In this document: positions 23,590-37,714 of the stretch, piece by piece
How the letters are laid out: the number at the start of each line of letters is the position of its first letter
How positions within the stretch are numbered: position 1 is the stretch's first letter
Assembly: GCA_964016885.1 (NCBI GenBank)
Contig: OZ024764.1
Coordinates: forward strand, 24,924,001 to 24,988,000
Direction of reading: 5' to 3'
Length of the DNA: 64,000 nt
Source of the DNA: Eledone cirrhosa
Taxonomy: Eukaryota
Program-made: the position numbers and the translations under genes
Notes under the pieces: model-generated
Databases searched by the model: none
What the model was told of the DNA's origin: nothing
What the model saw: the letters and a program-made list of their open reading frames with translations, nothing else

Positions 23590-25555
23590 CAATAGTTCAC
23601 TGTACCGAGAACGGAGATATCGTTATGCTAGCAGGGGACTTCAATGGTCATGCTGGACAGTTCCAGGATGGTTGCACTGGGGTACATGGTGGGCACGGTT
23701 ATGGCTCAAGAAATGAAGGAGTTAGGCTTCTTGAATTTTGTGATGCAAGTGCAATTTTGCAACACTAACTTCCAGAAATCTACCAACCACCTAATAACCT
23801 ACAAATCAGGCGAGCACATAAGCCAGATTGACTTCTTACTAGTTAGGCAGCGTAGACAGACAGATGGTGTCAAATACTAAGGCATATCCCAGGGAAGAAT
23901 GTACCCCCCAGCATAGGTTAGTCGTTAGTGACATCTCAGTAAGCAAGAGACGGAATGAGACATAGAGGAAGGTGTGGAGGGTGACCTGGTGGTGGAACAG
24001 CACAGTAGATAGAGCCATTAAAGACAAAAGACTAGCATGGAAGGCCTGGAAAAATGGTGGGAGTAGAGACCAATACATAGCCGCTAAGAGAGAAGCTAGA
24101 TGTCAGGTGTACTTAGCACGCAGGGAGGCTGAGAGTAGGAGGTTTGCCAATGTTCTGCAACGGGAAGATGAGATACGTGCGGTGTTCCACATTGCAAGGC
24201 AGTGTGTCAATGCAAATCAGGATGTTGTTGGGGATAAATGTGTCCGGGATGATCCCGGTGTACTTAGTGTCACGAATGATCAGAAAAAGGAGGCCTTGAA
24301 ATGTCATTATGAGAGACTGATGAATGTGGAGAACAAATGGGAGAGAGAAAAATACCCCCAGTAGATCCAACAGAGGGACCAGCTATTGAGATTGACGAAT
24401 ATAGGGACCAAGAGGCGATTAAGGAAATGAAAAATGGTAAGGCTGCTGGACCATCGGGGATAGCTGCTGAGATGCTGAAGGCATCAGGGGACGTAGGCAC
24501 TAAACTGGTTGCACGCATCATCAATCAGGCTATATATGGTGGTGTCATACCCAAAGACTGGTGCAGCAGTATTCTCATAAATTGCTACAAAGGTAAAGGG
24601 GATGCTCTGGAGAGGAGCAATTATAGGGGTATAAAACTGATAGATCAGGTTATGAAAGTGGCAGAAAGGATATTAGCACAACTAATTAGAGAAGGGGTCA
24701 AACTAGATGAGATGCAGTTTGATTTTGTGCCTGGGAAGGCACGAGGAGCTAGAGAATAAATTCTGGCTATGGAAACAACAGTTGGAAGCAAGAGGACTGA
24801 GAGTGAACCTAGCTAAGACAAAAGTGTTGATGAGTAGAAAAGAGGACAAAACTCTGATTCTGTCAGGGAAATGGCCATGTTCGATATGCAGAAAAGGAAC
24901 TGGCATAAATTCTATAAAATGCACACAATGCAGATGATGGGTACACAAGAGATGTAGCGGGATAGCAGGCAAACTAACAGGTAGGGAGAAATACATATGC
25001 AGTAGATGTACAGGGAAATTAGACAGTAGAAGTCACATTGATAGACACATTTTTCAAATGCAGGCGAGTGCTATAGAAGTGGTGGATAGCTTCCGGTACC
25101 TAGGAGATCAGATTAGCATGGAAAGGGAGGGGGGGCGGTCCGAGGCCATAGTATCTAGAATAAGGACGGGTTGGAAAGAAGGGTTTCTCCCTACGTACGA
25201 AAGGCCGGTTATATGATGACTGTGTGGAGCACAATGCTGCATGGTAGTGAGACATGGGCAGCAACTGCAGAGGATATGCGACGGCTGGAGAGAAATGAGG
25301 CAAGGATGCTCTGTTGGATGTGCGTGAACGACCCAGCATGAATGTGCTGAGAGAGAAACTGTGTCTGAGAGGGATAGAATGTAGTGTGCGAGAGAGGAGA
25401 CTGAGGTGGTATGGACATGTGATGGACATGGAGGATGACCGATGGGTGAAGAAATGCCAGGAAATGCCAGTGGAGGGAAGACGCAGTAGAGGAAGACCAT
25501 GTAAAACATGGGCAGAGGTAAAATGATGATGATGATGAAAATGATGATGATGATA
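23590..25555 (+). mobile_element. Degraded, internally deleted RTE LINE (family of 53505)
   Basis: APE remnants AGDFNGHAG and SQIDFLLVR; RT KAAGPSG, YKGKGD, NYRGI, VNLAKTK; a PHD-like finger; RRLRWYGHV; multiple frameshifts. Confidence 0.85.
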
Positions 25556-25558
25556 TTA

Positions 25559-25765
25559 CAGTTTACTCAGCTGTAGAAATTAGATGATAGGGACTGGGGT
25601 CCACTGCAAAGTGGTCGTAGAGGTGCCACGGCAAAAAAGCACCCAGCACTCACTGTAAATGAGGTTGGTGTTAGGAAGGGCATCCAGCTGTAGAAATCAA
25701 GCCAGAATCAGTTCCTGTCCCACCCTTGCAAGCAGGGAAAAGCGGACGTAAAATGATGATGATGA
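25559..25765 (+). mobile_element. 3' half of RTE-tailed SINE
   Basis: cagtttactcagctgtagaaat...gtcccacccttgcaagcagggaaaagcggacgtaaaa(tga)n. Confidence 0.8.
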
Positions 25766-25779
25766 TATATATGTATATG

Positions 25780-25886
<107 letters not shown>

Positions 25887-25905
25887 ATATATATATATAT
25901 GTATG

Positions 25906-25989
<84 letters not shown>

Positions 25990-26315
25990 CACATGCATAA
26001 CAAATATTAAAAAAATATAGGAAAAAGAAAGTACTGGAAGTTTTGTAAAATTATTTTATATTTAATTCAAACAGACGATTAAAACAGATGATTAAAAACA
26101 GATGATTAAACAGATGATTAAAAAACACATTTTAAGCTTAATTCTTGTTCCTATATATCTAGTGGTATTGTTATTACTTATTTACCTGTTCCAGCCATCT
26201 GACTGAGGCCATGCTGGAGCACCGCTCTGGTATATTTAACTAAAATGTCATATTTCATATCTTTTTATCAAATTAATCTATTATGTATACTCTCCTTTAC
26301 TGTATTATAAATAAT

Positions 26316-26502
26316 TGTTTCTACTTTAGGCACAAGGCCAGCAATTACCAAGTGCATTACTGGTACTTTATTTTATCGACCCCGTAAGGATGAAAGGCAA
26401 AGTCAACCTCGGCGTGATTTGAACTCAGATCGTAAAGGGACGTAACTATGCTGGAAAGCATGGCGTCCGACCCTCTACCGATACTGCCAATCCACCGCCC
26501 TT
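26316..26502 (-). mobile_element. Full-length Nin/Deu-like tRNA SINE with 16-bp TSD
   Basis: TSD ctgtattataaataat at 26300-26315 and 26503-26518; A/B boxes and core present. Confidence 0.85.
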
Positions 26503-26597
26503 CTGTATTATAAATAATATTATCCAGTCCTACATGTAATGTAACCCCTATATTTATAATATTTACTGTCCAGCCCCACATGTAATGTAACCCCTAT

Positions 26598-26936
26598 CAT
26601 TTTCATTTCATTTCATTTTACGTCCGCTTTTCCCCTGCTTGCTGGGGTGTGACAGGAACTGATTCTGGCTTGATTTCTACAGCTGGAGGCCCTTCCTAAC
26701 ACCAACCTCATTTAGATTGAGTGCTGGGTGCTTTTTTGCCGTGGCACCTCCACGACCACTTTGCAGTGGAATGATATGGACCCCAGTCCCTATCATCTCA
26801 TTTCTACAGCTGAGTAAACTGGAGCAATGTGAAATAAAGTGTCTTGCTCAAGGAAACAACACATCACACGGTGTGAGAATTGAACTCACAACATTTCGAT
26901 TGCAAGGCCAATGCTCTAACCACTAAGCCATACGTC
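26598..26936 (-). mobile_element. Full-length tRNA SINE with RTE-derived 3' tail
   Basis: Head ggcttagtggttagagc/gagttcaattctc, box tccttgagcaagacacttt, tail gcaagcaggggaaaagcggacgtaaaatg. Confidence 0.85.
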
Positions 26937-28469
26937 TATCTCTATAATATTTTCTGTCCAGCCCTACATGTAATGTAACCCCTATCTCTATAATGTTTAC
27001 TGTCCAGTCGTACATGTAATGTAACCCCTATATTTATAATGTTTACTGTCCAGCCCGACATGTAATGTAACCCCTATGTTTATAATACTGTATTATATAT
27101 AACATTATCCAGCCCCACATGTAATGTAACCCCTATTTCTATAATATTTACTGTCCATCCCTACATGTAATGTAACCCCTATCTCTATAATATTTACTGT
27201 CCATCCCTACATGTAATGTAACCCCTATCTCTATAATATTTTCTGTCCAGCCTTACATGTAATATAACCCCTATCTCTATAATAGTTTCTGTCTATCCCT
27301 ACATGTAATGTAACCCCTATATTTATAATGTTTACTGTCCAGCCTTACATGTAATATAACCCCTATCTCTATAATAGTTTCTGTCTATCCCTACATGTAA
27401 TGTAACCCCTATATTTATAATGTTTACTGTCCAGCCCGACATGTAATGTAACCCCTATGTTTATAATACTGTATTATATATAACATTATCCAGCCCCACA
27501 TGTAATATAACCCCTATCTCTATAATAGTTTCTGTCCAGCCCTACATGTAATGTAACCCCTATCTCTATAATATTTTCTGTCCAGCCCTACATGTAATGT
27601 AACCCCTATCTCTATAATATTTTCTGTCCAGCCCTACATGTAATGTAACCCCTATCTCTATAATATTTTCTGTCCAGCCCTACATGTAATGTAACCCCTA
27701 TCTCTATAATATTTTCTGTCCAGCCCTACATGTAATATAACCCCTATCTCTATAATAGTTTCTGTCTATCCCTACATGTAATGTAACCCCTATCTCTATA
27801 ATAGTTTCTGTCCAGCCCTACATGTAATGTAACCCCTATCTCTATAATATTTTCTGTCCAGCCCTACATGTAATGTAACCCCTATCTCTATAATATTTAC
27901 TGTCCAGCCCTACATGTAATGTAACCCCTATCTCTATAATATTTTCTGTCCAGCCCTACATGTAATATAACCCCTATCTCTATAATAGTTTCTGTCTATC
28001 CCTACATGTAATGTAACCCCTATCTCTATAATAGTTTCTGTCCATCCCTACATGTAATGTAACCCCTATCTCTATAATAGTTTCTGTCCAGCCCTACATG
28101 TAATGTAACCCCTATCTCTATAATGTTTACTGTCCAGCCCTACATGTAATGTAACCCCTATCTCTATAATATTTTCTGTCCAGCCCTACATGTAATGTAA
28201 CCCCTATCTCTATAATGTTTACTGTCCAGCCCTACATGTAATGTAACCCCTATCTCTATAATATTTTCTGTCCAGCCCTACATGTAATGTAACCTCTATG
28301 ACTATAATATTTACTGTCCAGTTCTACATGTAATGTAACCCCTATATTTATAACACTGCCCAGCCCCTCATGTAATGTAACCCTTATATAATGTATTATA
28401 TATAACACTGTCTGCCAAGCCCCACGTGTAATGTAACCCCTATATTTATAATACTGTATTATATATAAC

Positions 28470-28657
28470 TGTTTCTACTTTTGGCACAAGGCCAGCAATT
28501 ACCCAGTGTATTACTGGTACTTTATTTTATCGACCCCGTAATGATGAAAGGCAAAGTAAACCTCGACGGGATTTGAACTCAGAATGGCAAGGACCGTAAC
28601 TCTATGCGTCAAAGCATGGCGCCCGACTCTCTACCGATACTGCCAATCCACCGCCTT
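28470..28657 (-). mobile_element. Full-length Nin/Deu-like tRNA SINE with 16-bp TSD
   Basis: TSD ctgtattatatataac at 28454-28469 and 28658-28673. Confidence 0.85.
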
Positions 28658-28965
28658 CTGTATTATATATAACACTGCCCAGCCCTTCATGTAATGAAAC
28701 CCCTATATTTATAATACTGTATTATATATAACACTGCCCAGCCCCTCGTGTAATGTAACCCCTATATAATGTATTATATATAACACTGTCTGCCCAGCCC
28801 CACATGTAATGTAACCCCTATATTTATAATACTGTATATATATAACATTGTCCAGCCTCCATGTCTATAATGTTTACTGTCCAGCCCCACATGTAATGTA
28901 ACCCCTATATTTATAATACTGTATTATATATAACACTGTCCAGCCCCCCTGTAATGTAACCCCTG

Positions 28966-29054
28966 AGTTTTTAACAGGCACTCACAAATATGTTTCTCAT
29001 TGGAGGTGCTATTACCAATGTTCTTACCCGTGCAACGCCGGGATATACTGCTAG
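28966..29054 (+). mobile_element. Helitron 3' terminus (5' end not located)
   Basis: cccgtgcaacgccggg hairpin followed by atatactgCTAG|t; same hairpin as the minus-strand end at 30203-30230. Confidence 0.6.
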
Positions 29055-29295
29055 TATACTACTAAAACTCTGTGATTGTTTACTTGTCTGTAATGTAATA
29101 CAACCAAAAGGCAGCATAATGGGAAAATACTTTGAAAGGAAGTTGCCCCTGAAATGGGAATACAAATGGAATAAAACAAGTTTCGCGTAAATCGGAGCAT
29201 GGGTTCCCAAGATACGGGGTTTTTCAGGGTACCTTTATAAATAGCCAATAGCTATATATATATATATACACAGTAATCCCCCATTTATTTATATA

Positions 29296-31091
29296 CTAGC
29301 AGTGGTATTTTGGAACGGGGTCACCAACAGACCTAATCATGGAAAAACTGCATGCCTGGACAATATGTAAAGAAAATAAACCGAATACTCTGATGGCTGG
29401 ATAATCTTTAAGATGTTCCTCGATGAAGCAGGAAAAAATGCAGGTTTTCATCTAATGCGAGCCCTAGGGGATCAAGAAAATGAATTTGTTTTATGTGCAT
29501 AATATGCCTTGAAATTTTGGGAAAATTGGCTAGACGTAACACCTCAAAAAAACCCCTAAAAAGCTGAAAAAAATGAAGTTTTTCACCTAATGTGGGCCCT
29601 AGGCCATAAAAAAGTTGGATTTTCTTTGCTCACGGTATGAAGAAGAGACTGACTAATACATAGTTACAATTTCAAGGAAATCGGCCTGACGCAACGACTA
29701 AAAAAACCCCTAAAAACCTGAAAAAGCGCAGATTTTCAACTAATGCGGGCCCTAGGGCATCAAAAAGTTGAATGTTTTCATGTGCATAACACTCCCCTGA
29801 AACAAAAGTATTACACATGTAAAGTTTGAAAAAAGTCGGTTGGGTACTTCTCGAGTTTTAGGGATTCAAACTGACACACACACACATACACACACAGACA
29901 TCCTCAGGGAAGTGACGTAATGCAGACATCAGACATACAGGTAGATATTATAAGGGCGCGACGTTATATGTATGTATCTATCTAAAAAGAGAAAGACTAA
30001 GAATTATAGAGAGAGATCGCTAAATCGCCTAATGCGGTCCCTAGGGCATAGAAAATTTGAAATTGGTTTTGCTCAGAACACTCCCTAAAACATAAGTGTT
30101 ACATGTGTAAAGTTTGAAAACAGTTGGTTGGGTGGTTCTCGAGTTTTAGGGATTCAAACTCACACAAACACAGACAGACATCCACAGTTTTATATATATA
30201 GACTAGCAGTGGTACCCGGCGTTGCACGGGATAAGATATTTTGGAACGCGGGCCGCCAACAGACCTAATCGTGGAAAAACTGCATGCCTGGACAATATGT
30301 AAAGAAAATAAACCGAATACTCTGATAGCTGGATAATTTTTAACATTTTCCTCGATGAAGCGGGCCCTAGGGGATCAATAAAATGAATTTTTTCAGTGAT
30401 CAATAAAATGAATTTTTTCAATGTGCATAATATGCCTTGAAATTTCGGGGAAATCGGCTAGACGTAACGCCTCAAAGAAGCCCTAAAAAGTTGAAAAAAG
30501 GAAGTTTTTTACCTAATGCGGGCCCTAGGCCATAAGAAAGTTGGATTTTCTTTGCTCACGGTATGAAGAAGAGACTGACCAATACATAGTTACAATTTCA
30601 AGGAAATCGGACTGACGTAACGCCTCAAAAAACCCCTAAAAATATTTAAAAACACCTAATGCGAGGAGATAAAACTAAAAGTTGAATTTCTATATGTGCA
30701 TAACACTCCCTGAAACATGTAAAGTTTGAAAAAAATCGGTTGGGTACTTCTCGAGGTTTAGGGATTCAAACTCACACACACACACATCCTCAGGGAAGTG
30801 ACGTAATGCAGGCAGCCAGACATACAGACAGATATTTTAAGGGCGCGACGTTATATGCATGTATCTATCTAAAAAGAGAAAGACTAAGAATTATAGAGCG
30901 GGATCGCTAAATCGCCTAATACGATCCCTGGGGCATAGAAAATTTGAAATTTATTTTGCTCAGAACACTCCCTGATACATAAGTATTACATGTGTAAAGT
31001 TTGAAAACAGTCGGTTGGGTGGCTCTCGAGTTTTAGGGATTCGAACTCACACACACAGACAGACAGACATCCTCAGTTTTATATATATAGA
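29296..31091 (-). mobile_element. Two head-to-tail ~0.9-kb non-autonomous Helitrons (31091-30203 and 30202-29296)
   Basis: Minus strand 5' TCTATATATATAAAA..(CTGT)n and 3' cccgtgcaacgccggg hairpin + CTAG; exact CTAG|TC junction at 30203/30202. The two units are clearly homologous. Confidence 0.75.
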
Positions 31092-31822
31092 CTAGCAGAA
31101 AACCACCCGGTGGGCGGTTTTCTGCTAGCAAATCTAGTGTATATACTGATATTGTTGAGATTTGGATGAGAAATGTTTTCGGCACCACATGTTCACCGTC
31201 TCTCGGTGTGTCTTTTATGCATGTATAAATATATATGTTATCTATACGGTGAAATCTTTGAAATAAATATATGTTAAAACGAAATAGGAGAAAAAGAGAT
31301 TAGTGACGGAAATATAAACGTTATGATATAACGATGGAAATATATAAACGTTTACGATAAAACGATGGAAATAGAAACGTTTATATATAATGAAGGCGTG
31401 TGGCTGAGTGGTTAGAGAATTGGAATCGCAATCGTAAGGTTGTGAGTTCGATTCCTGGACCAGGCGATGCGTTATGTCCTTGAGCAAGACACTTTATTTC
31501 ACGTTGCTCCTTCTACCTGGAGTTGCGACCGATAGATAGTATTAGCAATTGGAAAGACCAACGGAAACATGGTTCCCTCGGTCCGATTTGACGAAAGTCG
31601 ATCGTTAAAAAAAAAATATATAATGATAAGCCGAAACACTCGTAAGCCGAAACACTCGTAAGTCGAAACACTCGTAAAGCGAAACGTATAAATAAAGATT
31701 AATGTAATGAATTTGAAAAGCATAGAGATTTGAAACCGCGTCTATGTGTTTCCTTGGCATTTTTTACAGACGGACAGACAGACAAACAAACAGAGAAATG
31801 CCCATTATATATTATAAGTAGA
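31092..31822 (-). mobile_element. Third non-autonomous Helitron (different family) abutting the tandem pair, containing a SINE head at ~31392-31530
   Basis: Minus strand 5' TCtacttataatatataatgggc..(ctgt)n and 3' ccgccc-acc-gggtgg hairpin + ttttctgCTAG joined directly to the next TC. Confidence 0.55.
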
Positions 31823-32089
31823 CTTGGCATGGTGTCAAGTCAGAACCGCCTCGAACTGGTTACTTCTGGCTTGTGCAAGGTGTCTCTATAGCAACCAGCG
31901 ATTCCCTCAGCCTCAGTGACCAAAGTCAGTTGAGAGGGGAAAGTAATGTTTCTATAGCGACAGTGTTTCTCTTGGTAGTACCAAAGTGGAGAAAGGAAGG
32001 GGAAGGTAATATTTCTGTAGCACCTACATTTGAGTTTTAGGGAAGGACAGACAGACAGACAGACAGACAGAGAAATGCCCATATATTTC

Positions 32090-32128
<39 letters not shown>

Positions 32129-32156
32129 CACACACAGAAATGTATATATATATTTC

Positions 32157-32195
<39 letters not shown>

Positions 32196-32439
32196 CACAC
32201 ACAGAAATGTATATATATTTCTGTGTGTATATATATATATTACACACACAGAAATGTATATATATTTCTGTGTGTATATATATATATTACACACACAGAA
32301 ATGTATATATATTTCTTAGAACAATATTATTATTAATGTTTTTCTGTTCATAACAATTGGAAATGAAAAATTACTTTTGAAATTATTAGTTATTTTACTA
32401 ATGCTTAGATATGTAAAAATGAAGCAATGTTTCTAATAA

Positions 32440-32628
32440 TTGTTTCTACTTTTGGCACAAGGCCAGCAATTACGCAGTACATTACTGGTACTTTATTTTA
32501 TCGACCCCGTGAGGATGAAAGGCAAAGTTAACCTCGGCGGTATTTGAACTCAGACCCTAAAGGTACGTAACTCCATGCTATGAAGCATGGTGTCCGACTC
32601 TCTACAGATTCTGCCAATCCACCGCCCT
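32440..32628 (-). mobile_element. Nin/Deu-like tRNA SINE
   Basis: Same family as 26316-26502. Confidence 0.8.
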
Positions 32629-32929
32629 AATGTTTGTACGTAATGAGGGAGTGAGAGGGGAGAGAAAGAAAGGCAGAGGTGAAGTGACGAAGTGACTCTC
32701 TCCTCCTCCTCCTCCTCCTCCTCCTCCATCTCCCCATTCGTCACAGCGATAGAGGGGAGGAATGTTAGTGTGTTACAAAGAGAAAGAGTGAGAGTGAGAG
32801 AAACAGACAGACTAAAAGAGAGGGATAGCTGGAGAGAGAGAGAGAGAGATAGCAACCACGCGCGCACGTGTTTCCACTGTCGGACTGACAGACAGAGAAA
32901 TTGCTGGTTATATATTATAAGGAGATATA

Positions 32930-33050
32930 CAGTAATGCCCTGTTTATCGCGGGGGGGGGGGGTATGTTCCATAACCAACCGCAATAAATGAAAATCTGCA
33001 ATATAGAGAGACCCTAAAGCCAACCGTTGTTTTCACAGTTTAAGCCTTAA
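32930..33050 (+). mobile_element. Tigger/pogo-like DNA transposon terminal remnant
   Basis: TA|CAGTAATGCCCTGTTTATCGCGGGG...ATGTTCC...CCGCAATAAATGAAAATCTGC resembles Tigger-type ends; no matching right TIR was found. Confidence 0.55.
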
Positions 33051-33289
33051 AATACCTCTCCTACATGCTTTAAGTACATATAAACTCAGTAAAACACACT
33101 TTTGTATTCAAACACCAAAAACAACAAATAACAATCATATAGAAACTACCACCAACTACCGTACCATTAGTTACCAATGAGGACCATTGCCAGCCACGGT
33201 AGCCACTTGGTAATACACTGCACATCTCCTGTCAATCTATGAAGGGTTTGTAGTAGATTAGAGAAAAACACAATCAGTAAAACAGTAAT

Positions 33290-36200
33290 ATACTATAAGC
33301 CCCACTATATACTATAACCCCCTCTATATATATACTATAACCCTCTATATATACTATATATATAACCCCCCTCTATATATATACTATAACCCCCCTCTAT
33401 ATATATACTATAACCCTCTCTATATATATACTATAACCCCCTCTATATATATACTATAACCCCCTCTATATATACTATATATATAACCCCCCTATATATA
33501 TATACTATAACCCCCTCTATATATAAACTATAACCCCCTCTATATATACTATATATATAACTCCCCTCTATATATATACTATAACCCCCCTCTATATATA
33601 TACTATAACCCCCTCTATATATATACTATAACACCCTCTATATATATATACTATAACTCCCCTCTATATATATACTATAACTCCCCTCTATATATATACT
33701 ATAACCCCCCTCTATATATATACTATAACCCCCTCTATATATATACTATAACCCCCTCTATATATAAACTATAACCCCCTCTATATATACTATATATATA
33801 ACTCCCCTCTATATATATACTATAACCCCCCTCTATATATATACTATAACACCCCTCTATATATATACTATAACTCCCCTCTATATATATACTATAACCC
33901 CCCTCTATATATATACTATAACTCCCCTCTATATATATACCATAACCCCCCTCTATATATATACTATAACCCCCTCTATATATATACTATAACCCCCTCT
34001 ATATATATACTATAACCCCCTCTATATATATACTATAACCCCCTCTATATATATACTATAACCCCCTCTATATATACTATATATATAACCCCCCTCTATA
34101 TATATACTATAACCCCCCTCTATATATATACTATAACCCCCTCTATATATATACTATAACCCCCTCTATATATATACTATAACACCCTCTATATATATAT
34201 ACTATAACTCCCCTCTATATATATACTGTAACTCCCCTCTATATATATACTATAACCCCCTCTATATATATATACTATAACCCCCCTCTATATATATACT
34301 ATAACCCCCTCTATATATATACTATAACCCCCTCTATATATATATACTATAACTCCCCTCTATATATATACTATAACCCCCCCTCTATATATATACTATA
34401 ACTCCCCTCTATATATATACTATAACCCTCCTCTATATATATACTATAACCCCCTCTATATATATACTATAACTCCCCTCTATATATATACTATAACCCC
34501 CTCTATATATATACTATAACTCCCCTCTATATATATACTATAACTCCCCTCTATATATATACTATAACTCCCCTCTATATATATACTATAACCCCCTCTA
34601 TATATATATACTATAACTCCCCTCTATATATATACTATAACCCCCTCTATATATATACTATAACCCCCTCTATATATATACTATAACCCCCTCTATATAT
34701 ATACTATAACCCCCTCTATATATACTATATATATAACCCCCCTCTATATATATACTATAACCCCCCTCTATATATATACTATAACCCCCTCTATATATAT
34801 ACTATAACCCCCTCTATATATATACTATAACACCCTCTATATATATATACTATAACTCCCCTCTATATATATACTATAACTCCCCTCTATATATATACTA
34901 TAACCCTCCTCTATATATATACTATAACCCCCTCTATATATATACTATAACCCCCTCTATATATATATACTATAACTCCCCTCTATATATATACTATAAC
35001 CCCCCCTCTATATATATACTATAACTCCCCTCTATATATATACTATAACCCCCCCTCTATATATATACTATAACCCCCTCTCTATATATATACTATAACT
35101 CCCCTCTATATATATACTATAACCCCCCTCTATATATATACTATAACCCCCTCTATATATATACTATAACCCCCTCTATATATATATACTATAACTCCCC
35201 TCTATATATATACTATAACTCCCCTCTATATATATACTATAACCCTCCTCTATATATATACTATAACCCCCTCTATATATATACTATAACCCCCCCTCTA
35301 TATATATACTATAACTCCCCTCTATATATATACTATAACCCCCCTCTATATATATACTATAACCCCCTCTATATATATACTATAACCCCCTCTATATATA
35401 TACTATAACCCCCTCTATATATATACTATAACCCCCTCTATATATATACTATAACCCCCTCTATATATATACTATAACACCCTCTATATATATACTATAA
35501 CCCCCCTCTATATATATACTATAACTCCCCTCTATATATATACTATAACTCCCCTCTATATATATATACTATAACCCCCCTCTATATATATACTATAACC
35601 CCCTCTATATATATACTATAACCCCTCTATATATACTATATATATAACCCCCCTATATATATATACTATAACCCCCTCTATATATATACTATAACCCCCT
35701 CTATATATATACTATAACCCCCTCTATATATATACTATAACCCCCTCTATATATATATACTATAACTCCCCTCTATATATATACTATAACCCCTCTCTAT
35801 ATACATACTATAACTCCCCTCTATATATATACTATAACTCCCCTCTATATATATACTATAACTCCCCTCTATATATATACTATAACTCCCCTCTATATAT
35901 ATACTATAACCCCCTCTATATATATATACTATAACCCCCTCTATATATATACTATAACCCCCTCTATATATATACTATAACCCCCTCTATATATACTATA
36001 TATATAACCCCCCTCTATATATATACTATAACCCCCTCTATATATATACTATAACCCCCTCTATATATATACTATAACCCCCCTCTATATATATACTATA
36101 ACTCCCCTCTCTATATATACTATAACTCCCCTCTATATATATACTATAACCCCCCTCTATATATATACTATAACCCCCTCTATATATATACTATAACCCC

Positions 36201-37532
36201 CTCTATATATATACTATAACTCCCCTCTATATATATACTATAACTCCCCTCTATATATATACTATAACCCCCTCTATATATATATACTATAACCCCCTCT
36301 ATATATACTATATATATAACCCCCCTCTATATATATACTATAACCCCCTCTATATATATACTATAACCCCCTCTATATATATACTATAACCCCCTCTATA
36401 TATATATACTATAACTCCCCTCTATATATATACTATAACCCCCCCTCTATATATATACTATAACTCCCCTCTATATATATACTATAACACCCTCTATATA
36501 TATATACTATAACCCCCTCTATATATATACTATAACCCCCTCTATATATATACTATAACCCCCCTCTATATATATACTATAACTCCCCTCTATATATATA
36601 CTATAACCCCCTCTATATATATACTATAACCCCCTCTATATATATACTATAACCCCCTCTATATATATACTATAACCCCCTCTATATATATACTATAACT
36701 CCCCTCTATATATATACTATAACCCCCCTCTATATATATACTATAACACACTCTATATATATATACTATAACTCCCCTCTATATATATACTATAACTCCC
36801 CTCTATATATATACTATAACCCCCCCCTCTATATATATATACTATAACCCCCTCTATATATATACTATAACCCCCTCTATATATACTATATATATAACCC
36901 CCCTATATATATATACTATAACCCCCTCTATATATAAACTATAACCCCCTCTATATATACTATATATATAACCCCCCTCTATATATATACTATAACCCCC
37001 TCTATATATATACTATAACCCCCTCTATATATATACTATAACCCCCTCTATATATATACTATAACCCCCTCTATATATATATACTATAACTCCCCTCTAT
37101 ATATATACTATAACCCCCCTCTATATATATACTATAACTCCCCTCTATATATATACTATAACCCCCCTCTATATATATACTATAACCCCCTCTATATATA
37201 TATACTATAACTCCCCTCTATATATATACTATAACCCCCCTCTATATATATACTATAACCCCCTCTATATATATACTATAACCCCCTCTATATATATACT
37301 ATAACCCCCTTCTATATATATACTATAACTCCCTCTATATATATATACTATAACTCCCCTCTATATATATACTATAACCCCCCTCTATATATATACTATA
37401 ACCCCCTCTATATATATACTATAACACACTCTATATATATATACTATAACTCCCCTCTATATATATACTATAACCCCCCTCTATATATATACTATAACCC
37501 CCCCCCCCCCCCTCTCTATATATACTATAACT
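33290..37532. repeat. ~23-25-bp minisatellite, ~4.2 kb
   Basis: Unit actataaccccctctatatatat with variable C-run and TA number. Confidence 0.95.
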
Positions 37533-37714
37533 GTGACCTTAAAGCACACAGGCAGTCTATAATATATAACGTTGTCACTCCAGCCCTACACATAATATTA
37601 CGCCTATAGTTATCATGTTTACTATCATACTTATAACTGTGTTTTAAATGTTGTCAACCTTTTCAGTTGACACAACCTAGCTTTCATTGTTAATAACACA
37701 CACACCTACCACTC

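Larger units (their letters stand above)
26519..28965. repeat. 46-bp minisatellite interrupted by two SINEs
   Basis: Unit ctgtccagccctacatgtaatgtaacccctatctctataatatttt, period 46 (e.g. 27581 to 27627). Confidence 0.95.

Noticed and set aside
33290-37532. Telomeric repeat array (TAACCC motif)
   Set aside because: TAACCC occurs at most once per 23-25-bp unit, not as tandem (TTAGGG)n.
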